Shown here piece after piece: positions 11,134-22,080 of a stretch of 41,083 nucleotides of DNA (position 1 is its first letter; the number at the start of each line of letters is the position of its first letter). The stretch comes from Octopus bimaculoides (Eukaryota), in the NCBI RefSeq assembly GCF_001194135.2, contig NC_068983.1, forward strand, positions 10,862,435 to 10,903,517, read 5' to 3'. Below the pieces are notes generated by a model. It made no database searches. It worked only from the letters and a program-made list of their open reading frames with translations, and was not told the origin of the DNA. A program made the position numbers and the translations under genes.

Positions 11134-11358
11134 ATGGCTGTTGCCAGTACCGCCTGACTGCCCTTCGTGCTGGTGGCACGTAAAAGCACCCACTACACTC
11201 GCGGAGTGGTTGGCGTTAGGAAGGGCATCCAGCTGTAGAAACTCTGCCAAATCAGATTGGAGCCTGGTGTAGCCATCCGGTAAACCAGTCCTCAGTCAAA
11301 TCGTCCAACCCATGCTAGCATGGAAAGCGGACGTTAAACGACGACGATGATGATGATG
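11134..11358 (+). mobile_element. RTE LINE 3' end (family B)
   Basis: Family B sequence ending gttaaacgacgacgatgatgat. Confidence 0.85.
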
Positions 11359-11865
11359 TGTATGTGTGTGCATGTGTAGTAAGAAGTTTGTTTCCTAACT
11401 ACATGGTTTTGAGTTCAGTCCTAACTTGATCATCTTAGTTTCTGGCTCATTGTATTGTTGACAGCTGTCTAAAGTCAGCATATATCATTCTGGGCATTTT
11501 ACAACATATGCCATGGACAGATAACTGTTTGAAGCTCTACCAATTCTATACTGACTTGATAGCAAAAGTGCATCATTTCTGACCTATCTGAGACAGTTAA
11601 GTGAATGACTAATACTATCCTCCTAAACATGTTGACTCCAAATTTATCATACAATCCAAGTCCACTTACATCAAGTAATTTATAACCAACCCATCCTTAC
11701 AGACACTTCTACAAGTAACGGTCTTATGATGAAGCCACCTCATATCCTACCCAATCTATTTCAGACTCTATTTTGCCCTAATATAGTAAGCTTCCCTTAA
11801 ACTTGCTTTCTTTAAATGTAGAAATTTCCTCAAAGTTCTAACCAAACAAGATGATCAAATCTTAT

Positions 11866-12283
11866 AGGCGTAGGAGTGGCTGTGTGGTAAGTAGATTGCT
11901 TACCAACCACATGGTTCTGGTTTCAGTCCCACTGCGTGGCACCTTAGGCAAGTGTCTTCTACTATAGCCTTGGGCCGACCAAAGCCTTGTGAGTGGATTT
12001 GGTAGACGGAAACTGAAAGAAGCTTGTCATATGTCCACCCCCAGCATCGCTTGACAGCTGATGCTGGTGTGTTTACGCCTCCCTCCCCTGTAACTTAGCG
12101 GTTTGGCCAAAGAGGCCGATAGAATAAGTACTAGGCTTACAAAGAATAAGTCCTGNNNNNNNNNNAGGCCGATAGAATAAGTACTAGGCTTACAAAGAAT
12201 AAGTCCTGGTGTCGATTTGCTCGACTAAAGGCGGTGCTCTAGCATGGCCGCAGTCAAAATGACTGAAACAAGTAAAAGAGTAA
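11866..12283 (+). mobile_element. Full-length SINE family A (10-N gap with duplicated flank)
   Basis: Complete head to tail; lacks the internal microsatellite. Confidence 0.9.
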
Positions 12284-12299
12284 ATCTGATGATGGACCT

Positions 12300-12770
12300 T
12301 GCATTACTCTCAGATATTGTACTCCAGTACATTAACTCCTATTCTTGCCAAACTCCTTGTCTCATCACAAGGATAAATCTCAAGCTTTGGCAACATAAGA
12401 TGGTATATCCTATTCTCCAAAAAGAGCAACCTATCTAATCCTGCTAATTATCAAACTATTGCCTTCACTAAATATCAAAGATGATTGAGACAATTAAGCA
12501 ATTTCCTCTTGCATCAGCTCTTCTGTTTCATCTCGGTAAACACAGTATGATTTCCATAGAGCTAGACCCACCAAAGACAAGAGACTACTGATGTACATCA
12601 GTAGTCTCTTGTCTTTGAGAAGTTTAGCAGAAGAAATATTGTTGTCCTTGAAATCAGCAAAGCATTTAACTGTATCTAGCAGGAAAGCCTACAAGCTAAG
12701 ATTTCCACCTACAAGAGCTTTCCATCACCCAGTAGTAATCTTCTGTAGTGATTTAGTGTCTCTAAAACAG
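12300..12770 (+). mobile_element. Decayed non-LTR reverse transcriptase fragment (CR1/L2/Jockey-type)
   Basis: Across frameshifts: LSNPANYQTIAFT (cf. NYRPIAL), QYDFHRARPT (cf. QYGFR..RST) and VLEISKAFNCI*QESLQAK (cf. LDISKAFD.VWH..LL.K), in the expected order. Confidence 0.75.
12572..12617. repeat. Perfect 46-bp palindrome with no spacer
   Basis: caaagacaagagactactgatgt|acatcagtagtctcttgtctttg; all 23 pairs checked by hand. Confidence 0.97.
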
Positions 12771-13119
12771 TCATGGGCAAACTACAGCCTGTGAGATTTC
12801 CTGAGTGGGACACCTAATGAAAATTTTTTAGTGGTGCAGCTACCTGATGATCAGCCATGTTTTATATGGCCTGCTTCTCAAAAACATTGCCCATGCCTGA
12901 TTTAAGGTATAGTTGAGTGTCTAGATGTTGTATATGCCACATATGCTAGCATGGAAAGCGGACATTAAACGATGATGATGATCGTGATGATCTGATAGTC
13001 TGAAAGTGATTATGTATGCAATAACAGAAAGATGTGGATTGGAGTTGTTATGAGAAGTGAATTTGTTTCATTGATCCATAGGTGTGGGCTGCGTACAACC
13101 TGAAGATTGCAGTTGTGGA

Positions 13120-13270
13120 GTCATGTCAAGCCTGATCAACCAGCTCTATTTCCATAGGCATTCCAGCTATGACCATCCCATTTTCCCAGACTTGTTCTTC
13201 CATTTTTTACCTAAATGGTTGAGTGTGATTTGTGGGATATTGGGCAGCTATTTCTAGCAGATCAAACAAT
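13120..13270 (-). mobile_element. SINE-like family F fragment
   Basis: ggcattccagctatgaccatcc and gctatttctagcagatc are the reverse complement of family F motifs. Confidence 0.55.
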
Positions 13271-14029
13271 CATGTAAAGGATCATTCATTAGCTTGTTGT
13301 TAGTGATGATGATAGTGGTGGTGGTGAAGGAGTGATATTTTGCTTCCGGTTGGTTCTGGTTGAGCAGACCAGTCATTACAGTCATATGCTATCTTGCTAC
13401 CAGTTTTTTCTCAAGCATTGTCAAGACCAGATTGCATTAGCCAATGTGTTTTCCCTTTTTAAAAGTTTAAAGTATGATCTCAGATGGAAGGTAAATTTAG
13501 CTGTTATTTCTGGCAGGCAAAGCAGTCATATAGAAGCTCCTTCTCTCATAGGTTCATTGTTGATGCTATAGTGTTATGGATGGTGGAGATAATACTAGAG
13601 CTTTATGATCATTCATACTTCTTTTGTGTTGGGATCCAATCATAACAGCTATGGGCAGAAGGTTAGGGCCATCTACTCCCCAAAATTTCAGGTCTTGTGC
13701 CTATAACTGAAAGGCCATCTAAGGTCAACCATATGGTCATAAGTTCAAACCATTGTAACGTCCCTGAAGGGAGACACATTACTTTAGTACACGATTCACT
13801 ACGGTTGACTGAATGTAACAAAACATTGTTTCCACCACTCCTGTTTCACTATTGAGCAGTGTAGAGAAGACTTACATATGAAAAAGCAATTACTCTCACA
13901 AACCAGTCAGTTTACCCATACTATGCTGGAAAACTGGATATAAACAGTAAAAAGAAAAACATGTAGTTAGGAGTGGGGAATGTCAGAGAATTGTTATTGC
14001 TATTCTTATTGATGTCATTGTTGGTATTT

Positions 14030-14230
14030 TCCTGGCTCTTTACATTCTAAGTTCAAATTATGCCAAGGTCGACTTTCTCTATCAGCCTTTGATGGTTGAT
14101 GAAACAAGTATCAGTTGAACACTCCGGGGTCAATGTAATTGACTTGTCCCTCCCCTCAATGTTGCTAACCTTGAACCAAAATTTGAAACCATTATTGTTG
14201 TTATTGTTGTTGTTGCTGTTGTTGTTGTTG
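14030..14230 (+). mobile_element. SINE family C, 3' two-thirds, with (TTG)n tail
   Basis: ttctaagttcaaattatgccaaggtcgacttt...ggggtcaatgtaattgactt...aaatttgaaacc. Confidence 0.75.
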
Positions 14231-14635
14231 TTTACAGCAGGACAGCTCTGATGAAGCAATGCAATAATGAAAGGAATAGCAGACCATCCCGTCTTCCTTT
14301 CAGGCATAGTCTATCTAATAACTACATTATTTCATGTAAACCACTCTATTATTAAAAGCATTCCATCTGTTACCAGCCTGTATAGCAAACACTATACTAT
14401 CCTATATTAATAGTTATCGCCAAGCCAACATGGAAGTCCAAAAAAATAGGACGAATGCTGCCGTTGCTTAGCTCCAAGACGCCATCGCCTCTAGCTAGCT
14501 ATGTGACACACGAACCTGTGTCCATTATAACCTTCGAACAGGGGAGGTCAGCCGCTTCACCTTGCTGGTCTGGCATCTACAGACTAGTTTCAGGGTATTT
14601 GCCCCTTATCAATGTAGAGCAGCCGAACCCAGCAG

Positions 14636-14842
14636 GCGTGATGATGATGATGATGATGACAGATGTGGCAGTGTTGGTGTTGGGGTTGGCAGTGGTGGTA
14701 ATAACAATGACCAGGACAGCATCAGTGGTGTCACCTGCAACAGTAGTAGCAGTGATGATGATGATGATAGTGACGACAAAGATGATTAAAACAAAAACAA
14801 TGAAGAGGATGATGACAGTGATGATGACAATGACAACAAATA
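14636..14842. repeat. Cryptic mixed trinucleotide tract (GAT/GTG/GTA/ACA)
   Basis: Direct inspection; explains ORFs 14455..14862 and 14562..14789. Confidence 0.85.
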
Positions 14843-15149
14843 ATGCTGGGGCACCACCTTGAAAAATTTTAGTAAAACAAATCGACCCCAGTGGTACTTT
14901 TTTTAATGCCTGATACTTATTCTATTAGTCTCTTTTGTCAAACCACTACATTATGGGAACAAGGGACAAACACATGCACACATATATACGATGGGCTTCT
15001 TTCAGTTTCCATCTACCAAACCCACTCACAAGGTTTTGGTTGGTCTAAGGTTATAGTAGAAGACACTTGCCCAAGGTGCCATGCAGTGGGAGTGAACCTG
15101 GAATCATGTGGTTGGGAAGCAAACTTCTTACCATACAACAACGCCACTC
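14843..15149 (-). mobile_element. SINE family A, older diverged copy
   Basis: Reverse complement of head, core and part of the tail. Confidence 0.85.
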
Positions 15150-16497
15150 TTTTTTTACCTCTGTTACCCATAAAATCACCCCACCAAACAGGGATCAGCA
15201 ATAACCACACAAAACATACAACAACTTTATTTCATAATATTTCAGGTCAGACCAGGGAAGTCCTGCTGTTGGTACCATGTAACCTAGGTACCACCTGTTT
15301 CATGGTTGGGCGGGTGGCAACTAAGCTAGCTCCCCCCACCCTATCTTGCCAGGTTTGGAATGTACTGTGGACACTCTGCAGGACTAAAAACGAGACCTAT
15401 CAAAGGACAGATGAGCTCATTGTAAGCCAACAGCCAACCACATGAATGGTGTCTTGTAAAAACATCCTGCATGTGAGCTGTCACATCATGCAGCTGGTCC
15501 AGTATTGTAACCATGGAAACTCCATTGAAAGACATACTGTGCATTCAAGTTGGAGTTGATGTCCATAAGTAATGTGATGTAGAGGGAGAAGATTTCATTA
15601 TATTACAGGCTGAGGATTTATTCTTTGCTCTCAAGAAGAGTGACATTCAATTTTCATGCAGAACAAGGGAAACAATTTTTGGTCTGGTCAGTTTTACTTT
15701 CCTCTGGTAATTTTCATTATTGTTATTTTGGTCAGCTAAAATAAAGGGTGATCCAAAAGTAATACCCAATATAAAAACTTATATTTAGTTGGCTGCATAA
15801 ATAAAATAGTTTTAGAATTGAGGTGTTGCTTTTCCGGACACCCTATAGTACATTCAGCTGTTCATACTCTGATACAACTATCAACTATTTCCTGTCAAAG
15901 AGCTAAGGGGAATATTCATAGTGGCCATTACAGTTAAGTATTCTGACATTTTCCATGAATTGGCTGTTGAAGTGGGAGGCTTCAGCAACTAACTCTTATA
16001 TAAAAATATATAAATATGTAGAATATATAAAATATAAGTATGTAGAATATATAAAATAAACCTACATTTGAATTCAGTCGCAGCTGTTAGAGGAAAATAT
16101 AATTGTGAAATATATGATGAAAGTTTCTGAGTTGAGCATTTATTTTTAACCAATTTGAGAAGAGTTTAATCCAGCTTACTAGTTCCAGTCAAGCTGTCTA
16201 ACCCATGCCAGTATGGAAAGCAGACACTAAATGATGATTATGATACATACATACATATAATGAAAATAACACCATGATGCTGACTGGATGTTTAATTTTT
16301 ATCACTTTTAGTACATGCAGGAGATTTCAAAATCATCTGGAAGCCATGATTGAAGCCAATAGCGATTTTATGGAATAAATTTACTCTCTAGTATTTCAAG
16401 ATATTTTTATGTAATTTTGGTAAATATATCTGTTAAAATGAGATGTCAGTGTTATATTCATTTTTGTGTAATTTAGATGACAATTTATTCACAGCAT

Positions 16498-16499
16498 CC

Positions 16500-16595
<96 letters not shown>

Positions 16596-16602
16596 TATAT
16601 AT
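16498..16602. repeat. (TATATG)n/(TA)n microsatellite
   Basis: Direct inspection. Confidence 0.95.
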
Positions 16603-17053
16603 ATTACAGTAACATCAGCTCCAAACAGTGTTTAGGCATAAGTGAACTTTAGGTTACTTAAAATATACTTGTGACGTATTTCAACTAATAAAGGGAATTT
16701 TACTGCAGTTAACGGTGGAGGAAAAATTCTCTCTTATGGTAAAAAAAAGGTGTAAAAACACTATATCTGTCCAGTGCTGCTATCTGTTGGATTCACAGAC
16801 ATGGATGTTTCTAGCTTCTTAACCATCATCAATGGGAAATACCAAAGAGAGACAACTTTGGACAGACTTAGTCAAGCTAAAATATAGTCAATAACATTGA
16901 CTGATTTGCACCAGTAGACTTCCAAGGTTATGAAAATTACAGTAATATCAGTGCCAAGAGGTGTTTAAGCATAAGTAAACTTTAGGTTAGTTAAAATATG
17001 TTTGTCACATATTTCAACTGCCAGAGGCAAATTCACTGCAGTTACCATGGAGG
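16603..17053 (+). repeat. Diverged ~119-bp direct repeat pair (16603-16721 and 16936-17053)
   Basis: Hand alignment, roughly 80% identical and colinear. Confidence 0.85.
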
Positions 17054-17057
17054 TGTA

Positions 17058-17235
17058 TATTGCTATCCACTACACATTCTTTATTTTCTCTCCTTGTTTC
17101 TTTCTGTGTTCCTTTCTGTGGAAGAGCATAGGCTCGAAACATTAAAGACTTTTTCACTTCCTGAGCATTAAACTAATACATCTGTTTGTTGTCTACAACA
17201 CCTGTCTTCGTCTTTTGTTTTTTTGTGAACTCTCT
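17058..17235 (+). mobile_element. Unclassified interspersed repeat, possibly a Penelope-like terminal repeat, with a degenerate hammerhead motif
   Basis: Contains ctgtgga-a-gagc-atag-gctc-gaaac; the PLE assignment rests only on this motif. Confidence 0.4.
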
Positions 17236-17270
17236 CTATATATACATATATTTATATATATATATGATAT

Positions 17271-17566
17271 ATTCGAGCGAGGTCGTTAAAAAAACATTTG
17301 AGCGAGGTCATTGCCAGTGCTGCTGGACTGGCCCTCGTGCTGGTGGCACGTAAAAGCACCCACTACACTCTCGGAGTGGTTGGCATTAAGAAGGTCATCC
17401 AGCTGTAGAAACTCTNNNNNNNNNNTCTCGGAGTGGTTGGCATTAAGAAGGTCATCCAGCTGTAGAAACTCTGCCAGATCAGATTGGAACCTGGTGCAGC
17501 CTTCTGGTTCGCCAGTCTTCAGTCAAATCATTCAACCCATGCTAGCATGGAAGGCGGATGTTAAAC

Positions 17567-17610
<44 letters not shown>
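17271..17610 (+). mobile_element. RTE LINE 3' end (family B) with long (GAT)n tail
   Basis: Family B sequence; one internal unit is missing relative to other copies; 10-N gap with duplicated flank. Confidence 0.85.
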
Positions 17611-17611
<1 letters not shown>

Positions 17612-17983
17612 AGATTTTCACACAGTTTCCATCTTCCAAATTCGCTTACAAGGCACCGTGTCATTTCCTTCATAATTGTTGACTGTATATTGCAATGATT
17701 TTGGCCCCTTCTAACAGTTTCTTCCTTTCTGATGATACTGAGCAGCATTGATTTGACTAAGGAGTGTTTGTATATTTTTCTCCACAATGTAGCACACAGC
17801 TTTTTCCCTCTTGTAATTAATGCAGTCACCACACTAAACCAGGAACAGCTGTAACCACTCCAACCATATAAGGATTATTTTGTTTTACTGCTTACCTAAG
17901 AAATATCTGTTATCAAATATTCTCAGCTTCCCTCTGCAGATTGTCAGTCACTGCTATTAAAATCAAAATTAAGACATTATACT

Positions 17984-18170
17984 GGCACCCTGTCAGTTAC
18001 GAGGACAAGGGTTCCAGCTGATCTGATCAACAGAACAGCCTGCTTGTAAAATTAATGTGCAAGTGGCTGAGCACTCCACAGACACATGTGCCCTTAATGT
18101 AGTTCTCGGGGAGATTTAGCATGACAAAGAATGTGACAAGGCTGGTCCTTTGAATTACGAGTACAACTCA
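17984..18170 (-). mobile_element. SINE family D, 3' part
   Basis: Reverse complement of ~40325-40490 (gtgtctgtggagtgctcagccacttgcac core). Confidence 0.8.
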
Positions 18171-18709
18171 TGTTTACCAACTGAATGGACTAGATGCTGG
18201 AAATCAAACTCACAACTTTATGATTGTGAGTCTAACACCTTCACCATTAAAGAACAAAAAAAAAAATAATGATAATCTCAAGATGTTGTTTTTCAGTATC
18301 AAATACCTTAAAAATGCTCACAAGTGCATTTGGTTGCACTCAATCACAGTTCAATATCATAGAATACCCTAACTGAACCTAACTAGAAAATCCCTCATTT
18401 TATCATTTACATCATATTTTAGCTATTGTGTATAATATTCTACTCTTTATTTCTATGCAAATATGCACATGTACACATATATATGTGTGTACATGTATGT
18501 ATACATGTGTGTGTGAGTGTGTGTGTGTGTGAGTGTGTGTGTGTGTGAGTGTGTGTGTACAACTTGATATTCTCAATATGTCATTCTATATATTGCATAA
18601 TGTCCTTTACCTACCTCTCTTGTAATTTACAGTTTTATATTTTGTTTCTCTTCAAACCTTTGTAGCAAATAAATAAATAAATAAATGATAATAATAATAA
18701 ATACCCTGA

Positions 18710-18852
18710 TGCAATTGTTATCTAGTGAACGATATTTTGACATCTCAATTCTTTCTATATTAACCAAAATGAAGTAGATTGACAAATTTATTTTTTGAAC
18801 CAGTTGAAGACACACGAGATGTCGAAATATCGTTCACTAGATAACAATGGCA
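18710..18852. repeat. Hairpin/MITE-like element with 37-bp inverted arms and 69-bp spacer
   Basis: 18710-18746 versus the reverse complement of 18816-18852: 35/37 identical. Confidence 0.85.
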
Positions 18853-18872
18853 CTCTTCTTTTAATTTTGACA

Positions 18873-18903
<31 letters not shown>

Positions 18904-19326
18904 TATCATTATCATTATTATAAGCAGCAGAAGTAGCAGCAGCAGCATCAATGCTTTCAAGGTGTCAACTATTGGGAAATACCATTAATATCTCCATTCT
19001 TTCTATCAGGCTTGAAGACTTCAGAAAATCCATTTTCTTTTCTTTTTATTTTCTTAAATTATTAACACTTTCAAGCAATACAAATTTGTTCTCGTCTGGT
19101 GTTGAATATATATGCTTGTGGTCATCTGAGATAGAATTGAAGCTTTTGGGTTAATTGATCCCAGGGCTCCAACCATTATTTGTATCACACTTTTTCTTTT
19201 TTCCTTCTCATTCTTGAGAGTAGCTCTGATCTCTGTTTTGAGCAGTAATTAAATTTTCCAAATTCTTTTCGAGAGCAATATTTGTAGTCTTCAAATATGG
19301 CAATGTCAATAATCATAAACCCTAAG

Positions 19327-19895
19327 GTCCTGAGCTGGTAGAGCCATAAGCAGGCTGGGTGAAATGCTTAGCAGTATTCATTCATCTTCATGTTCTGAGT
19401 TCAAATCCTGCCAAGGTTGACTTTGCCTTTCATCCTTGATAAAATAAGTCATCCTTTGTGTCTCTTCAAACCTTTGTTTGAATAAATAAATAAATAATAA
19501 TAATAATAATAATAAATGCCCTGATGCAATACCTTTTGATCTTAAGTGATTGGAAGTGTTATGTATATTATTTTGTCTTGGTATAAAAGATGGGCCACAG
19601 TAAATATTCTGTTCAATACCACAGATTTGCTTGTCAGTTGTTTGACCATAACCAGTTGAGCATGTCCCTTGGTGGCTGACGATATGTGCATCTCTGATCA
19701 TGAGCAGAAGTAGTGGGGGAGCATCATAGTCATGTGTTGAGAGGAATTCTTTGGGGTTTGAATAATTCACCTCTGGAAATGTGATAAAATGTTCATCCTT
19801 GATAAAATAAGGAGGAATGGGTAAGTTGAGTACAGTTGATATAATCAACTTACCCATTCCTCCAAAATGGCTGACCTTGTACCAAAATTTGACAT
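19327..19895 (+). mobile_element. SINE family C interrupted by an insertion at 19449-19791
   Basis: Head at 19327-19448; family C resumes after the duplicated ttcatccttgataaaataag. Confidence 0.7.
19449..19791 (-). mobile_element. Retroposon family E nested in SINE C, with 20-bp target-site duplication
   Basis: ttcatccttgataaaataag at 19429-19448 and 19792-19811 flanks a 343-bp insert carrying a (TTA)n/(TTTA)n tract. Confidence 0.7.
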
Positions 19896-19908
19896 CAATA
19901 ATTAGGCA

Positions 19909-20184
19909 ATCTTTCAGTACTAGATCCCATAACTTCCAGTCATTGTGCACACGCATACTCATTACATTATGGTATAGTGTGTTTATGTGTTTAAAGTTTG
20001 AGAACTGTATGAATCTGAGGGGAGAAGGTTTGAGTTTAGTGGGCCATTCGTTTTTTTTTTTTTCTATTTAATGTTGTCTTTTCATATTTTTAAGTCATTT
20101 GAAAACATAAACACACTATACGATAATGTAATCAGTATTCGTGCGCACAACAACGGGAAGTTATGGGATCTAGTACCGAAAGAT
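19909..20184. mobile_element. MITE-like element with 80-bp inverted arms
   Basis: 19909-19988 versus the reverse complement of 20105-20184: 72/80 identical with no indels. Confidence 0.75.
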
Positions 20185-20514
20185 CACCAATATAATTATA
20201 AACACTAGTTTCTTTGATTGTAGAAACTTCAGGTCTTTTGCTTTATGATTCTTTATTTGCATGTTAAAATTTAGTAAGATTTTTTGCTTGATTGTTTTCC
20301 AGGTTCATCTTAAGAACATGCTGACACCACTTTGTAGAGACTCAAAACTCAGATTTTTAGCATACATTCAAAGATTCCATACGAGATTGAAGTATATAGC
20401 TTGTTGTGATGCTTTCAGCAGTTTTCTGGGCTGGCTGGCATTTCACAGCCACTAACCAAGTAGATTGCATTTTCTGTCTATGTTAATATTGGTTAGGGTT
20501 TCTCAAATACTATA

Positions 20515-20600
20515 GTTGTTGTTGTTGCTTAACCACAGGTCAGTTCTGATCCTGCAGACCTACAGCTAAAGGCATTTCAACCATGACTATCCTTTCAATT
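20515..20600 (-). mobile_element. SINE-like family F 3' fragment with (AAC)n tail
   Basis: gttgttgttg..caggtcagttctgatc..cagaccta..aaaggcatttcaaccatgac. Confidence 0.55.
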
Positions 20601-21215
20601 TTTTTTAGGAGGATCAGCCTCCTCCACCCCCGCACTACCACCACCACCACTCTATTGGAAAAGAGAGAGAGAAAATGTATCAGAGCATTTCCTTGAGTCA
20701 CAGGAAGATGAATATAAGAGAAATGATGCAGAAATTGGTAAGTAAGCTTGTGAGTGTTGTCTAACGAACCCTTCTTTTTATAAGACGATAGAATGCAATT
20801 TGAGCGAATTTGACTGTTATTTCTAGAAAGTCAAGTTACTGTATAGAAGCTCCTTTGTTGGCTCAGAGATGTTTAATTAGTATGCTGGAGCATTATTATG
20901 TCTCAGTATTTCTTTGTTGTTGGATAAATAATTGTAGGGTGTTAAATGAATGGGTACAGTCTACAATTATGAATTGGGACCACATTAGAATACTTCAAAA
21001 TCTTGGAGCAGAATACTCATCATGAGAGACAGAATGTTTGTGGCTAGGAAAATATCCAATCAAGTTTCATCCAAACAGAATATCTGAAATAAGTTCACAT
21101 TAAAACAATTGATATATATATATATATATAATATAAATAATATATAAATATATGCATATATCCATATATATATGCACATACCTACACATATATGTATATA
21201 TACATGTGTGAGGAG

Positions 21216-21520
21216 TTTCAGGTGAGGTCGTTGCCAGTGCCCCTGGACTGGCTCTTGTGCGGGTGGCATGTAAGATACACCATTTTGAGCATGGCCGTTG
21301 CCAGTACCGCCTGACTGGCCTTCGTGCGGGTGACACGTAAAAGCACCCACTACACTCTCTGAGTGGTTGGCGTTAGGAAGGGCATCCAACTGTAGAAACT
21401 CTGCCAAATCAGATTGGAAGCTGGCGTTGCCATCTGGTTTCACCAGTCCTCAGTCAAATCGTCCAACCCATGCTAGCATGGAAAGCGGACGTTAAACAAC
21501 GATGATGATGATGATGATGA
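21216..21520 (+). mobile_element. RTE LINE 3' end (family B)
   Basis: Family B sequence with (GAT)n tail. Confidence 0.85.
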
Positions 21521-21529
21521 CATGCATAT

Positions 21530-21745
21530 ATGGGTACAGGACATAAAAAAAACGTTGAACACAATGAGAAACGAAAACATAAATACAAAAACATAGAAAA
21601 CGAACTTTTTTTTGAACAACGAAAAAAATAAACAGAGAAACGAGACATGCAACATAAAAAGTATACCCCTCCGCGTTTCGAAGGCAAGGACAATACGTGA
21701 CTTTGTTGAAACAGTCCTTCCCACAAAGCAAATTAAATAAAATTT
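21530..21745. repeat. Unclassified CpG-retaining segment, probably an interspersed repeat, between two RTE tails
   Basis: Composition differs from the flanks; no second copy in the window. Confidence 0.3.
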
Positions 21746-21765
21746 ATATATATATATATATATAT

Positions 21766-22080
21766 CATCATCATCATCATCATCATCGTCGTTTAACGTC
21801 CGCTTTCCATGCTAGCATGGGTTGGAAGATTTGACTGAGGACTGGTGAAACCAGATGGCTACATCAAGCTCCAATCTTATTTGGCAGAGTTTCTACAGCT
21901 GGATGCCCTTCCTAACGCCCACCACTCCGAGAGTGTAGTAGGTGCTTTTACGTGCCACCGGCACGAAGGCCAGTCAGGCGGTACTGGCAACGGCCACGCT
22001 CAAAATGGTGTATTTTACGTGCCACCTGCACAGGAGCCAGTCCAGCGGCACTGGCAACGACCTCGCTCGAATGTCTTTAC
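21766..22080 (-). mobile_element. RTE LINE 3' end (family B), inverted relative to 21216-21520
   Basis: (cat)n tail followed by family B sequence. Confidence 0.85.

Noticed and set aside
12111-12207. Short direct repeats around 10-N gaps (also 17375-17475)
   Set aside because: The pattern of a negative or overlapping scaffold gap.
14245-14275. Other CTGATGA...GAAA spacings (14245; minus strand near 37340)
   Set aside because: No stem II pairing and no compatible stems I and III.
14455-14862. Met/Val/Thr-rich and Asp-rich ORFs
   Set aside because: Translations of a cryptic trinucleotide tract.
17640-17832. 96-aa minus-strand ORF in unique-looking sequence
   Set aside because: No recognisable motif in any frame; its tail end is repeat-derived.
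19378-19962. 194-aa minus-strand ORF
   Set aside because: Spans three unrelated repeat pieces and a microsatellite; no recognisable protein.
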